DNA of 62,378 nucleotides from positions 1-62,378 of IMG/VR virus record IMGVR_UViG_3300033148_010415; one strand, given 5' to 3'. Under the pieces are notes generated by a model that saw nothing but the letters and a program-made list of their open reading frames with translations, ran no database searches and was not told the origin of the DNA. Positions 47,529-56,974 of this stretch are shown one piece after another; position 1 is the first letter of the stretch; every line of letters begins with the position of its first letter. The stretch is from a virus. Lineage: Duplodnaviria; Caudoviricetes. The translations under genes and the position numbers were made by a program.

Positions 47529-48452
47529 TTAATAATTCATCCAAAGACATTCTTGGCGGAGTTTCTTGATGGAATGGCAATGCTTAACAGGGGCATCGAA
47601 GCGCCGCCAATCCTTCCAAAGCTGATCCATCGAATCGCACCGATAGCCGGAGACAGCGACCTTGCCTTTGCAGTGGTGCAATAAGGCGGCAAGTTCGGAG
47701 TGTTGCTCCCTATCCATCTCAAAACCATAAGCTTTGTCATCACCGCGGGTTTCGTGAAGATAGGGTGGATCGCAATAAAAAAGTGTGTCTGTATCATCAT
47801 AAAGTCGAATTACATCCTTAGCGGGTCGGTTTTCAATCTGTACCCGTAAAAGGCGTTCAGCGATATCCGCCAGAGCATCGATTCCACCTAACCAGCGAGA
47901 AATTACGCCAGACATCCCAGATCGACTGGTGTTCTTACAGTTAGCCCATCGCCCTAAAGTGGCTGTTTGAGCCAATCCGGTTCGCGCTTGGCGAGCTCTC
48001 ACATAAAAGAGACGAGCGCGTTCAAGCTCCGAGATTCCTCGCGGTGAACCGTTAGTTGCCTTGTAAAATTCCTCGCGAGAGAACGGTGTAAGCCCAATTG
48101 TTTGGATGAGATCTTCGGGTCTATCTCTAAGAACCCGAAAGAAATTTACAACATCGCCATCAATATCGTTGTATGTTTCAACTGGGGATGGTTCCCGATT
48201 TAGCAACACAGCAGCGGAGCCGGCAAACGGTTCACAATAATGATGAGCTTTGGGAAGCAAAGGGAGAAGCCAATCGAGATGACTGAACTTACCTCCATAC
48301 CAACCGAAGGCGATTCGTTTTCGCATGCGTGATCGAGGAAAGATAACAATGGAGTTGTCTGTTTCGTTTTTGTCAAGGTAAATTGGGGATAAATTGCGCT
48401 TGCCATTATTTATTTTTTCTGGACGACTATTTTTCGTCATTACTTTCCTCAT
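47529..48452 (-). CDS. N6-adenine DNA methyltransferase (D12/Dam class)
   Basis: WYGGK, EPFAGSAAV, YNDID, YCDPPY. Confidence 0.9.
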   Translation of the reverse strand: MRKVMTKNSRPEKINNGKRNLSPIYLDKNETDNSIVIFPRSRMRKRIAFGWYGGKFSHLDWLLPLLPKAHHYCEPFAGSAAVLLNREPSPVETYNDIDGDVVNFFRVLRDRPEDLIQTIGLTPFSREEFYKATNGSPRGISELERARLFYVRARQARTGLAQTATLGRWANCKNTSRSGMSGVISRWLGGIDALADIAERLLRVQIENRPAKDVIRLYDDTDTLFYCDPPYLHETRGDDKAYGFEMDREQHSELAALLHHCKGKVAVSGYRCDSMDQLWKDWRRFDAPVKHCHSIKKLRQECLWMNY

Positions 48453-48622
48453 ATATTTATCCTTATTAAAGAGTAAAATGGCTGATAGTCTGTTATATTA
48501 CACTTGTTCTATATATACCTCAAACATCGTCAAAAAGTCATATCTCAAATAAAATCCTCATCCCCAGACGACGGAGCACGTAGGTCAAGGTATGGCTTCG
48601 TGCAATAATTACTTGCTTTTCA

Positions 48623-48847
48623 TCATAACTGCTGGACATTAATTACGATACCGTCTTTCATGGTCAGGTTTAGGTTTTGTAGTTTGACAGTTCCCGTTCC
48701 GAGAAAAATCATGCCGGCGATGATTGCTATCAAATTATCAGCATTGTCACGAGTAAGTATGTATTCACCAACCTTTCCGGATCGTCTTTGAGATTCCTTC
48801 TCAAGGAATTCAAGGACAGCATCTTTGCCTTTTGCTATGGTATTCAT
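48623..48847 (-). CDS. Small hypothetical protein
   Basis: SD AAGGAG with ATG. Confidence 0.5.
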   Translation of the reverse strand: MNTIAKGKDAVLEFLEKESQRRSGKVGEYILTRDNADNLIAIIAGMIFLGTGTVKLQNLNLTMKDGIVINVQQL

Positions 48848-48983
48848 GGCATTCTCCTTATTTATCTGCCAGAAAGATAATCCGCAACCCGAAAATATGC
48901 TTCTTTCTGATCTATCGGCCATGTTCTTATATCAGTATTCGGATTTGTTGCGATGGCTTTAGTTCCAATTGTTGTATGTCCTT

Positions 48984-49565
48984 CTAATATCCCCCTTTTA
49001 TTGGTGGATGCTTATTGAGCCACTTCTCAATATTCCGCTTCAAGCACGGATCGGCTTGTGCTTTAGACAATATAAGTTTGTTTACTTCAATTAGATCATC
49101 AATGAAATCTTCGGCGACAAAGAGAGCGGCGTTCAATTTCTGCGGTCCAAGATAATTACACAGATGCTTCCACCCTTCTGCATCTGCTTGCTTCTTATGC
49201 ATAAGCGCTATTGAGCGATTTCGACCTGGCTGACTTAAACGTGATTTGTCAGGGATTAACGAGAAAGAATGTACGATGCCACATCGTAACACGTGCCACA
49301 TTTGATCATGAAGGTCTTGTTTTCCATTTTTGTAAGTGAAATTAGCATAGGCTGGTCTAATCTTGCCAAGGTATTTTTTGATGAAATCTTTATATCCTGA
49401 TCCTTTATTGTCTTCCCCTGCGACCATCTTGGAAAAATAATCGATGAATGCTGCACCAATGACAAAAGGCAATGGTTTTCCATCTTCGCAATACTTCCGC
49501 GTAGCATCAAGAAGATCCCTGAAATAACATTCAGCTTCTTCTGCTTTCACCAAAACCTCCAACAA
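48984..49565 (-). CDS. HEPN-like protein
   Basis: AFIDYFS, YKDFIKKY, LRCGIVHS (RxxxxH). Confidence 0.6.
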   Translation of the reverse strand: MLEVLVKAEEAECYFRDLLDATRKYCEDGKPLPFVIGAAFIDYFSKMVAGEDNKGSGYKDFIKKYLGKIRPAYANFTYKNGKQDLHDQMWHVLRCGIVHSFSLIPDKSRLSQPGRNRSIALMHKKQADAEGWKHLCNYLGPQKLNAALFVAEDFIDDLIEVNKLILSKAQADPCLKRNIEKWLNKHPPIKGGY

Positions 49566-49569
49566 ATTC

Positions 49570-49649
49570 CTCCAACCTAGACAACCCGGCCAATCAAACC
49601 AGCGCGAGACCGGCTTTGATGCAGATTCGGGTTAATTGAGGTGTTAACA
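49570..49649 (-). other. attC-like imperfect hairpin between two accessory genes
   Basis: TAAC..AACCCG..ATCAAAGCCGG/CTGGTTTGAT..CGGGTT..GTTGGAG, 80 bp, begins at a stop codon; R boxes only partly match consensus. Confidence 0.35.
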
Positions 49650-49889
49650 AACATAATTACTTATAAGCTGAAGCACAAAGCCGAAAATTATTAACGCAAG
49701 CCCAATACTTGATAAAATGTTCATGCGTTTCAGCTTCTTCTGATAATTTTCAGGCAATTCTTCTTTAAAAGTTGCCAGCATACCTATAAAAGCTGTCTGG
49801 GGTACCACCCAGAAAAAGAGCAATAGTAAAACGCCGATTATATCACATATGAGACCAATACTATTCAGTGTTGTTGATGAAATGCACAT
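49644..49889 (-). CDS. Two-TM membrane protein immediately downstream of cI
   Basis: IGLICDIIGVLLL...IGLALIIFGFVLQLI. Confidence 0.7.
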   Translation of the reverse strand: MCISSTTLNSIGLICDIIGVLLLLFFWVVPQTAFIGMLATFKEELPENYQKKLKRMNILSSIGLALIIFGFVLQLISNYVC

Positions 49890-49893
49890 TCCA

Positions 49894-50664
49894 CTACCCC
49901 CTCTTACTCCACCACCAGGCAATCCGGCCCACGATGGCATTATCGATTTCCTCATCCACAAAAATCAGGGTGGTATCCTGGCGGTCTTTATTCTCAGGAT
50001 AGCAGATCAATTCATTCCTCTTTCCTCTTTTTCTCAGGAAAACCCATTTAATGGTCACTCCTCCGTCTTCTCTGATCGCCGTCATAACAGGTTTTTTTGG
50101 ATTCCTGGACGGTTTTCTGGCTTCTTCTGAATGTTCTATGGCCACAATATCGTTGGGCGCGAGAATCGGGTACATGGAATCGTCTGTAGGCCCGATGCGG
50201 GCGCAGGTGAAGTTTTCGGGATTGCGGCACCATTCGCGGTAGATGACGGCGGCGCCATCGAGGTCGTTTTCATTTATCTCCCTGGGGTGACCGGCGGCCA
50301 CGGGGTCCTTGAGAAGCGGGATGGGCACATAGTTGTCGAGAGGTTCCTTGGCCTTGCCGGGTTCGTCGGATATGAGGCGGTCACTCCAGCGTGGGTGATC
50401 GGCAAGGACGAGAAGAAAATTTTCGAGGGAGATTTTTTTTGGCTGTTTATCTCGACCAAGAAAATAATCGGCAGAATATCCTGTTTGATCGCACAACATT
50501 TTTAAATGATCCGCTCGAGGAATTGCATTGTTATCAATCCAATTACGGACAGTCGTGTAATTAATCCCGATTTTCCGCGCAAAAGCTTTTTGGCCTCTTT
50601 CCTCAAGACCCATCAACGACAATACACGTTCTTTAAATACAGGTAATTTATGATTATTTGACAT
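49894..50664 (-). CDS. cI: CI-like repressor (HTH plus S24 peptidase)
   Basis: FARKIGINYTTVRNW HTH; VAAG cleavage site, DSMYP, TIK; divergent from cro. Confidence 0.9.
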   Translation of the reverse strand: MSNNHKLPVFKERVLSLMGLEERGQKAFARKIGINYTTVRNWIDNNAIPRADHLKMLCDQTGYSADYFLGRDKQPKKISLENFLLVLADHPRWSDRLISDEPGKAKEPLDNYVPIPLLKDPVAAGHPREINENDLDGAAVIYREWCRNPENFTCARIGPTDDSMYPILAPNDIVAIEHSEEARKPSRNPKKPVMTAIREDGGVTIKWVFLRKRGKRNELICYPENKDRQDTTLIFVDEEIDNAIVGRIAWWWSKRG

Positions 50665-50701
50665 TTTCTTAAAAAAAGTTCAGCAAACTGTATTTTTATC
50701 C

Positions 50702-50758
50702 TTGACAAAATACATTTTACTGTATATATTAATACATGAAACTGTATAGGAGTATACA
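50702..50758 (+). promoter_or_regulatory. PR-like promoter (TTGACA-N17-TATATT) with two TGTAT-N6-ATACA operators (50721-50736, 50743-50758)
   Basis: Read directly in the cI-cro intergenic region. Confidence 0.75.
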
Positions 50759-50763
50759 ACAAA

Positions 50764-50994
50764 ATGGATTCCCTGACAATAAATTATTTCCTTCGGCAGA
50801 TGGGTAAAACACAGGGCGACATCGCCGATGAGTGCGGGGTTTCTACGCAATATATCTCTCATGTGATCACTGGCCGCCGCAACGGGCCCAAGACTATCCC
50901 GATCCAGGAAGCGGTCGCCAGAGCATTGAACCGAAAACGAGAGGATGTTTTTCCTGACAGCAAAAAGAAACCCAGGGAGGGTACAAGCCGTTGA
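50764..50994 (+). CDS. cro: Cro-like HTH regulator
   Basis: TQGDIADECGVSTQYISHVITG; divergent from cI. Confidence 0.85.
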   Translation: MDSLTINYFLRQMGKTQGDIADECGVSTQYISHVITGRRNGPKTIPIQEAVARALNRKREDVFPDSKKKPREGTSR

Positions 50995-51123
50995 TCCATT
51001 GGCGGCGGATGCCCCGGGTCCAATGACCCGGAGAAAAGACCCCGGTAGGGACTTCCAAGATAGCCGCCCCGGGGGATGGCCCTGGCGAGTACCCTCCTCC
51101 TTTTCAAATAACAGGATAAAGCC

Positions 51124-51618
51124 ATGAGTTCAGGCAATCAATCCTATTCTCATACCACATCTAGTACTCTCGCTGAGGAGATACACAACTGGGCGCGCTC
51201 CCAGAAAAACATCAAACAGCTTGCCTCAGACCTCTATCCCCACCTGTCGCTGGATTCATCATATGCCCGGTTCATGGATGAAACGGATAAAAACCGGGAC
51301 CGGGCGAAGTTCGGTCTCCTGGATGCAGTAAAGGCTGCCAAGCTGTCGGGTGACCCCTCGCTGTTTATCAGGATTATGTGGGAGCTGGGTTATTCGGTAG
51401 TGCCGCGGGAGAGGGCAAAAACAATCGATGACTTGAGGGATGCAGCTATGAGCACTGCTAAGGAGACGGGGGATTTCATAGGCGCAGTACACGAAGCGGT
51501 GCAGGACGGGAAGATAAGCTGGTATGAAATTTCCATCCTGGAGAAAGAGTGCAGGGAGGCCAAGCAGGCCCTGTGCGATGCCCTGCAAAGGGCCAAGGAT
51601 ATGGCGGACAGGACGTGA
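51124..51618 (+). CDS. CII-family phage regulator
   Basis: Position after cro; KETGDFIGAVHEAVQDGKISWYE C-terminal pattern. Confidence 0.65.
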   Translation: MSSGNQSYSHTTSSTLAEEIHNWARSQKNIKQLASDLYPHLSLDSSYARFMDETDKNRDRAKFGLLDAVKAAKLSGDPSLFIRIMWELGYSVVPRERAKTIDDLRDAAMSTAKETGDFIGAVHEAVQDGKISWYEISILEKECREAKQALCDALQRAKDMADRT

Positions 51619-51668
51619 ATGTAATGGGGGGGCCGCGCATCCCGGACCACGCGGGGAAAGGAGAGAAG

Positions 51669-51845
51669 ATGAAAAAAAAGGACGTGGAAATTGGCAGGAA
51701 ATACATGGCGAAGGTGAGCCGCCAGATGACGGTGGTCAAGATACTGGATGAATCGCCGTACGGCGGCTGGAGGGCGCGGAATGTCCTCACGGGCAGGGAG
51801 GTCAGGGTTAAGAGCGCGGCCCGGCTGAGATATCCAGTTCGATGA
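51669..51845 (+). CDS. Small basic protein
   Basis: MKKKDVEIGRKYMAKVS...TGREVRVKSAARLR; SD present. Confidence 0.6.
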   Translation: MKKKDVEIGRKYMAKVSRQMTVVKILDESPYGGWRARNVLTGREVRVKSAARLRYPVR

Positions 51846-51961
51846 AAGGAGGAGAGAATGAGTGCATCGCTGACATTGTTGAAATTACTGGAAAAATATT
51901 CCATCCAGGAAATCATGGCAGCGCTCGAAAAACTCCGGGAGCGATATGAAAGGAAGACAAA

Positions 51962-52405
51962 ATGACTGATTTCACCCATGCACGAAATCTGGTATGCCCC
52001 GAATGCTTAACAGAGTACTGCGACCAGGAGGGGTACAACTGTGATTGCCTCCTGCCGCGGGTTCCGTTCAACTTCGGCGGTGAAACTTTTGAAATCCCGG
52101 AACACATTTATGAAGAGATTATATCTCTCCGGGATGTTGATGAACTACCACCGGATGAATGGGAAAAGGCGGTTGAGAAGATCCTTATCGACATGGGTCT
52201 TATCGTGAAAAGACCTTTACCAAAGGAGGTGCACGGTCAAAACGGAGATGAATTTCTAAGGAAATGGCAAGAGGCCAAAAAAGAAGTCCCACCAGAGCAT
52301 ATGTGTGAGGCATATGGCTATCTGGTGGGAACAATGGCAGGGTATATACCCTCAAGCAAAGCTGAGGAGATTATATCCTGCGTCCTTAAGTATGTCAAGC
52401 AATAA
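51962..52405 (+). CDS. Hypothetical protein with N-terminal Cys cluster
   Basis: CPEC..C..CDC. Confidence 0.6.
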   Translation: MTDFTHARNLVCPECLTEYCDQEGYNCDCLLPRVPFNFGGETFEIPEHIYEEIISLRDVDELPPDEWEKAVEKILIDMGLIVKRPLPKEVHGQNGDEFLRKWQEAKKEVPPEHMCEAYGYLVGTMAGYIPSSKAEEIISCVLKYVKQ

Positions 52406-52462
52406 TTTCTGTCCCGGCCTGGGAGCCGCTGGTAAGGCTCCGGGCCGGGTGAAGGAGGCGTT

Positions 52463-53539
52463 ATGAAACAAGGGATGAAATTGATAGAAATGGCGCAGGA
52501 GATCGAGAGAATCGAGCGGTCTAAGCGTGACTATATTGCGCCGACCACGAAGCTCCACATGACAGTTGTCGGCGATCCGAACTTAGAGGATGGCGGGTTC
52601 GAGACGGAAATGACGGTGGAAGGCAACGGGACATACTCTATCGGCGAAGTTGCCCACGAACAAATCGCCGATAGGCTGGGGATACCGTTCCGGTATTACA
52701 ACAGGATGTTATCCGAAGCCCCGCAGCTGGCGGCAGCCAATGTGAACACCTGGCTCAATAAGAAACCGGAGCGCCGTCTCATCCGTACCCTGGACGGGCG
52801 GGTCCGGGCCTTCCTGTCCGACCGTTATCGGCCCTTGGACAACGCCTTGATCGCCCAGGCTACGCTTCCTGTCCTGATGGAGCAGGGAGAGCAGATCAAG
52901 GTCAAATCTACAGCCCTCACCGAACGGCGTCTATACATCCAGGCGATCAACGAGAGGATCGCGGGAGAAGTCAGGGTCGGAGATACCGTTCAGGCCGGGG
53001 TTGTGATCAGCAATTCCGAAGTCGGGTGCGGGAGCGTTCGTGTGGAGCCGCTGATCTACCGGCTGGCATGCCTCAACGGGATGATCCGGGCATCGGCCCT
53101 CAAGCGCTACCATGTAGGAAAACGGATCGAAACAGATGGAATAGTCAATTACGAATTTTACGAGACTGAGACTATCGAGGCCGATAACCGAGCATTCCTG
53201 CTGAAAATCAGGGATACCGTCCGGCACGCCTTCGATGAGATCAAGTTCGTTGAGGAAATCGAAAGACTCAAGGCCGCGACGGAACGGGAAATTCCGCCGG
53301 CGAAGATACAGGATACCGTTGAAGAGGTTACCCGGCGGTTCAGCCTCACCCAGGGAGAAGGCGAGAACGTTCTGGGGTTCCTGATCCGGGATGGCGATCT
53401 CACGCAATACGGAATGGCCAATGCGGTTACTTCCTTTGCCAATACTGTAGAAAGCTACGACCGGGCGGTAGAACTCGAACGAATCGGGGGCCAAGTGATC
53501 GATCTCGATCCGAAGGAATGGCAGGCGTTAACATCGTAA
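52463..53539 (+). CDS. DUF932-family protein
   Basis: RAFLSDRYRPLDN, SNSEVGCGS, RLACLNGMI, RYHVG. Confidence 0.8.
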   Translation: MKQGMKLIEMAQEIERIERSKRDYIAPTTKLHMTVVGDPNLEDGGFETEMTVEGNGTYSIGEVAHEQIADRLGIPFRYYNRMLSEAPQLAAANVNTWLNKKPERRLIRTLDGRVRAFLSDRYRPLDNALIAQATLPVLMEQGEQIKVKSTALTERRLYIQAINERIAGEVRVGDTVQAGVVISNSEVGCGSVRVEPLIYRLACLNGMIRASALKRYHVGKRIETDGIVNYEFYETETIEADNRAFLLKIRDTVRHAFDEIKFVEEIERLKAATEREIPPAKIQDTVEEVTRRFSLTQGEGENVLGFLIRDGDLTQYGMANAVTSFANTVESYDRAVELERIGGQVIDLDPKEWQALTS

Positions 53540-53566
53540 CGTAACGCCGTTGGTAACGGAGGAATT

Positions 53567-53764
53567 ATGAATACTCAAGTAATGCCGGTTGACGGCACAA
53601 AATACTGTCCCTTATGCAGGTCGTTTTTCAGGAATGCAGGGGATCGTTGCCCCTGCGGTTCCAGATTGTGGAAATACGCCAATCGGCTGGTGGATGACCC
53701 GCGAAAGCACGTTTTTGAAACCACGAATGATATCCCCTGGCCGCTGAGGAGACAGGCGATATGA
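53567..53764 (+). CDS. Small zinc-finger protein
   Basis: CPLC..CPCG; SD GGAGG. Confidence 0.55.
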   Translation: MNTQVMPVDGTKYCPLCRSFFRNAGDRCPCGSRLWKYANRLVDDPRKHVFETTNDIPWPLRRQAI

Positions 53765-53888
53765 AACGAAGGGGAGGGCGCCATTTAGCAAAAAATACGT
53801 ATTGGTGCCCAAGATGTAAAGAGTACTGGGTGGCAGGGCTTTATGTAGAAAAAAACCCTGTTAACGCAAAACGCAAAATTTGTAAAGC

Positions 53889-54443
53889 TTGCAAATCATG
53901 AAATGGGTGAGTGTTACGGAATGTCTCTCGATTTTGAGACGGTTCGAGGGGATTCCCGATCGAATATTAATACAGGCTGCTGAAGAGGGGACGCAGGTAC
54001 ATAAATACTGTCTAGCCTATGCAAAAGGGTTGTATCTGCCCCCTCCGGCAGAACTTGCCCTAGCTATCGGAGGTTTTAAACGCTGGTTCAATACCGCAGT
54101 CGATCAGGTTCTATGTGTAGAGGAGCAATTAGAAGATCAGAATCTCTGTTTGACAGGTCGTCTTGATCTTATAGCAAAGCTTAAGGGTGAGCGGCTGTAT
54201 AGCGTGATAGACCTCAAACGGGCTTCCGCAGACTGGATTGTAGGGCTCCAACTTGCAGCATATGAACATCTGGCATCCAAGCGATTCGAGCGGAAATTCG
54301 GTCCGCGTTATGCCCTTCTGATCGGTAAGGATGGCTCCACGAGAATGATACCGTTTCAAGACCCGAATGACTTTCCAGTATTTCTAGGCATTCTATCTGC
54401 TTATAACCATTCAAGAAAGAGCTTTGAACAGGAGGCGATATGA
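53889..54443 (+). CDS. PD-(D/E)XK exonuclease (Cas4/RecB-like)
   Basis: GTQVH, GRLDLI, IDLK, QLAAY. Confidence 0.8.
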   Translation: MQIMKWVSVTECLSILRRFEGIPDRILIQAAEEGTQVHKYCLAYAKGLYLPPPAELALAIGGFKRWFNTAVDQVLCVEEQLEDQNLCLTGRLDLIAKLKGERLYSVIDLKRASADWIVGLQLAAYEHLASKRFERKFGPRYALLIGKDGSTRMIPFQDPNDFPVFLGILSAYNHSRKSFEQEAI

Positions 54444-55108
54444 ATATCATCGCATTGGCGGAAAAGAAAAGTATGATCGAGCATGATCCCGAGGTGATGA
54501 GCGCCACGGAGATCATCTCGGCCATTGCTCGGACGAAAGTTCTAACTATTAAGGATGACGGCCAAGAAAAGCAATATTCCGAGATGTTGATCCAGGCCAA
54601 AAGCGTTGAGAAAGCGCTGGATACAAGACGCCGTCATTACACGGACCCGCTCAATCAGGAGGTCAAGGCAATTAAGGCCATGTTCGACCAATTGGCCCAC
54701 CCGGTCAAAAAGAAGGTTATCGAGATTGAGGGTGTGATCCGCAAGTGGCGCATCCACAAGGCGGAAGAGGAACGCAAGGCCCGGGAGCGGGCGGAGCGAG
54801 AGCAGGCCCGTATCCGGGCCCGGCTTGAGAAACAGGGTATGACCGAGGTCCCGGTTCCGACCATCGTCACACCAAGGCGGGAGACGATAACCCGGACCGA
54901 GAGCGGCGCTATTCATGAACGCAAGACGTGGAAGGTAGAGGTGGAAGATATCCGCGTCTTAGCCCGGGCTGTCGCGGATGGGCAAATACCTCCCCATTGC
55001 ATCCAGCCCGTTATCAGCAACTTGCAAGCCTTGGCACGCCAAGGAGTAACGAACATCCCAGGTTGCAAAGTCTGGCAAGAGACTTCGATCAGTACAAGGA
55101 GTGCATAA
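54440..55108 (+). CDS. Coiled-coil phage early protein
   Basis: Long helical region ending IPGCKVWQE; in recombination cluster. Confidence 0.65.
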   Translation: MNIIALAEKKSMIEHDPEVMSATEIISAIARTKVLTIKDDGQEKQYSEMLIQAKSVEKALDTRRRHYTDPLNQEVKAIKAMFDQLAHPVKKKVIEIEGVIRKWRIHKAEEERKARERAEREQARIRARLEKQGMTEVPVPTIVTPRRETITRTESGAIHERKTWKVEVEDIRVLARAVADGQIPPHCIQPVISNLQALARQGVTNIPGCKVWQETSISTRSA

Positions 55109-55113
55109 ATGAT

Positions 55114-55225
55114 ATGCCAGCGGCGGCGTGGTGGGAACACCGGGGGAGTTGCTAACTCCGGACCTCCTGCTCGTGGTACCGGAGACCAGACGAGCAAACC
55201 AGGTTCAAATCCTGGCCGCTGGCAT
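55114..55225 (+). ncRNA. tRNA-like RNA (canonical T arm, extended acceptor stem, GCT loop, long extra arm, no CCA)
   Basis: ATGCCAGCGG/CCGCTGGCAT; CCAGG-TTCAAAT-CCTGG; GGAG-TTGCTAA-CTCC. Confidence 0.6.
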
Positions 55226-55245
55226 TTAAATATCACAAGGAGTGC

Positions 55246-55437
55246 GTGATGTCTGTTGACCTTCGCTTAGAAATTGAAAGGGCTATAGGGTGCGACAAGA
55301 ATGATTTTACCCCAGAGCATCTCCAGCTATTACTCATTATCGCAAAGGGGATGCTCTGGACTCGCGTGTTGTACTTAAAAGCACAGCTATTGGCCGAGGA
55401 AATCAAGGAAGACATGCGGATTTTTGAATTTAAATAG
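55246..55437 (+). CDS. Small hypothetical protein
   Basis: SD AAGGAG. Confidence 0.5.
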   Translation: MMSVDLRLEIERAIGCDKNDFTPEHLQLLLIIAKGMLWTRVLYLKAQLLAEEIKEDMRIFEFK

Positions 55438-55448
55438 GAGGTATCAAA

Positions 55449-56786
55449 ATGGAAGATCAAAGTTATCCGGCTCCGATTGGCCCAGGGGGAATTGAATTAA
55501 TAAATCAAGGTAAAACGCTAACAAAAATAGAGGCGGGATATCAGACGGCTATCGCTGTACAGAGGCCAAGAAAGTTAAAAGAAGTTACCGAAAGATGTTT
55601 ATCCGAAGCGGATATAGCAGGCGAAGCGTTTTACTGGACCTGGCAGGTCTGGGACAATAAAGAGAAAAAATATAAGACGGTTGAGGGACCCAGCATCGAT
55701 CTGGCCATGACCGTTGCTCGGAATTTTGGCAACTGTGCAGTTCCGACCGAAGTTGTGGAAATAGAAGGCGAATGGATATTTCGGGCTGCTTTCGTGGATT
55801 TAGAAACAGGATTTACTTTTCAACGAGTCTATCGAGTACCCAAGTCCGAAGCTCCCGGAAAATTTGATCAGGACCGCTGGGATGATATGACTTTTCAGAG
55901 AGCACAATCTAAGGCTCAGCGAAACGTCATCATCAAGGGCGCTCCCCCGTGGCTTATACAACAGACCATGGATAGGGCCAAAGAAGCGGCGTTGAAAGGC
56001 ATCGGCAAGATGGGCAAGGAAACGGCGAAAACAAAAGTACTCCAGTTTTTCATGCGCTATCAAGTCACAAAGGAAATGCTTGAAAAGCTCATGGATGAAT
56101 CGATAGGCAATTGGACAGAAGAAACACTAATGAAACTACGAGGTATAGCGCGAACTCTTCAAGATGGACAGGAGACCGTTGAGACGATCTTCGGTCATGC
56201 TAAATCGGAATTTGACGAAGGCGAAAAAACAATATTAGTAGCCGCTTTCTGGTCAATACTAAACGAGTCCGCCGGTATCAAGCCTGATGACGAGCAAATG
56301 CTCGCATACATCAAAGAAACCGCTCAATTTGTTGACAATAAAAACTATATCGAGGGCGAATCGGAAAAGAAGTTGATGGCTGATTTAAGTAAAGCTTTCC
56401 AGGCAGATCCATCGCAGGTTGAGTTGTTCGTAAAAGCATTTCGGTTGAAACATCAAAATGAGACCGAATCAAAACCAGAGGAACACTCAACACCCAAACG
56501 TGGCCGTAAAAAGCAAGAAACCCCCGAACCTCCGCAAGAAACACAGTCCGAATCAATAGATGAGGAAAAGAACGCCCAGGCTCATGAGTTCGTTGAACGC
56601 ATTCGTCCAGACCTCCGGGAGCACATTAAGGAAAAGCTCCCGTACTATAACGATGATCAGATCATGCTAATGATGAGTAGCAAAGGCATGCTCTATCCGG
56701 AGAAAATGACGGAAAAACAGATAATGGATATCATGACATATGTCAATGAGCTCTATCACCAGAGGAATATACCTGATGACGATTAA
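55449..56786 (+). CDS. Hypothetical protein, possible single-strand annealing recombinase
   Basis: VEGPSIDLA..ARNFGN, FVDLETG, AQSKAQRNVI; near the exonuclease gene. Confidence 0.5.
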   Translation: MEDQSYPAPIGPGGIELINQGKTLTKIEAGYQTAIAVQRPRKLKEVTERCLSEADIAGEAFYWTWQVWDNKEKKYKTVEGPSIDLAMTVARNFGNCAVPTEVVEIEGEWIFRAAFVDLETGFTFQRVYRVPKSEAPGKFDQDRWDDMTFQRAQSKAQRNVIIKGAPPWLIQQTMDRAKEAALKGIGKMGKETAKTKVLQFFMRYQVTKEMLEKLMDESIGNWTEETLMKLRGIARTLQDGQETVETIFGHAKSEFDEGEKTILVAAFWSILNESAGIKPDDEQMLAYIKETAQFVDNKNYIEGESEKKLMADLSKAFQADPSQVELFVKAFRLKHQNETESKPEEHSTPKRGRKKQETPEPPQETQSESIDEEKNAQAHEFVERIRPDLREHIKEKLPYYNDDQIMLMMSSKGMLYPEKMTEKQIMDIMTYVNELYHQRNIPDDD

Positions 56787-56974
56787 ATCTTACGCCCGCC
56801 TCCGAGGCGTCAATATCGGGGCATGATTCTCCTTTCAATAGCCCGCTGGCAGGCCGGTCTGAATAGCCTGCTCCCCCAGCTGATCTTAGGTAGCCGGATG
56901 TGGGAGGAGCTTCCCTGATAAATCCTAACAAGAGAACGGGCTATGGAAATAGTCCACGAACCGGAGAAACATGA

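Noticed and set aside
50718-50760. LexA (CTGT-N8-ACAG) box in the cI-cro region
   Set aside because: Spacing and right half do not fit; TGTAT-N6-ATACA phage operators explain the pattern better.
55114-55225. tRNA-like element as the integration site or a standard tRNA gene
   Set aside because: It is internal, not duplicated at the prophage ends, and its arms are non-canonical.
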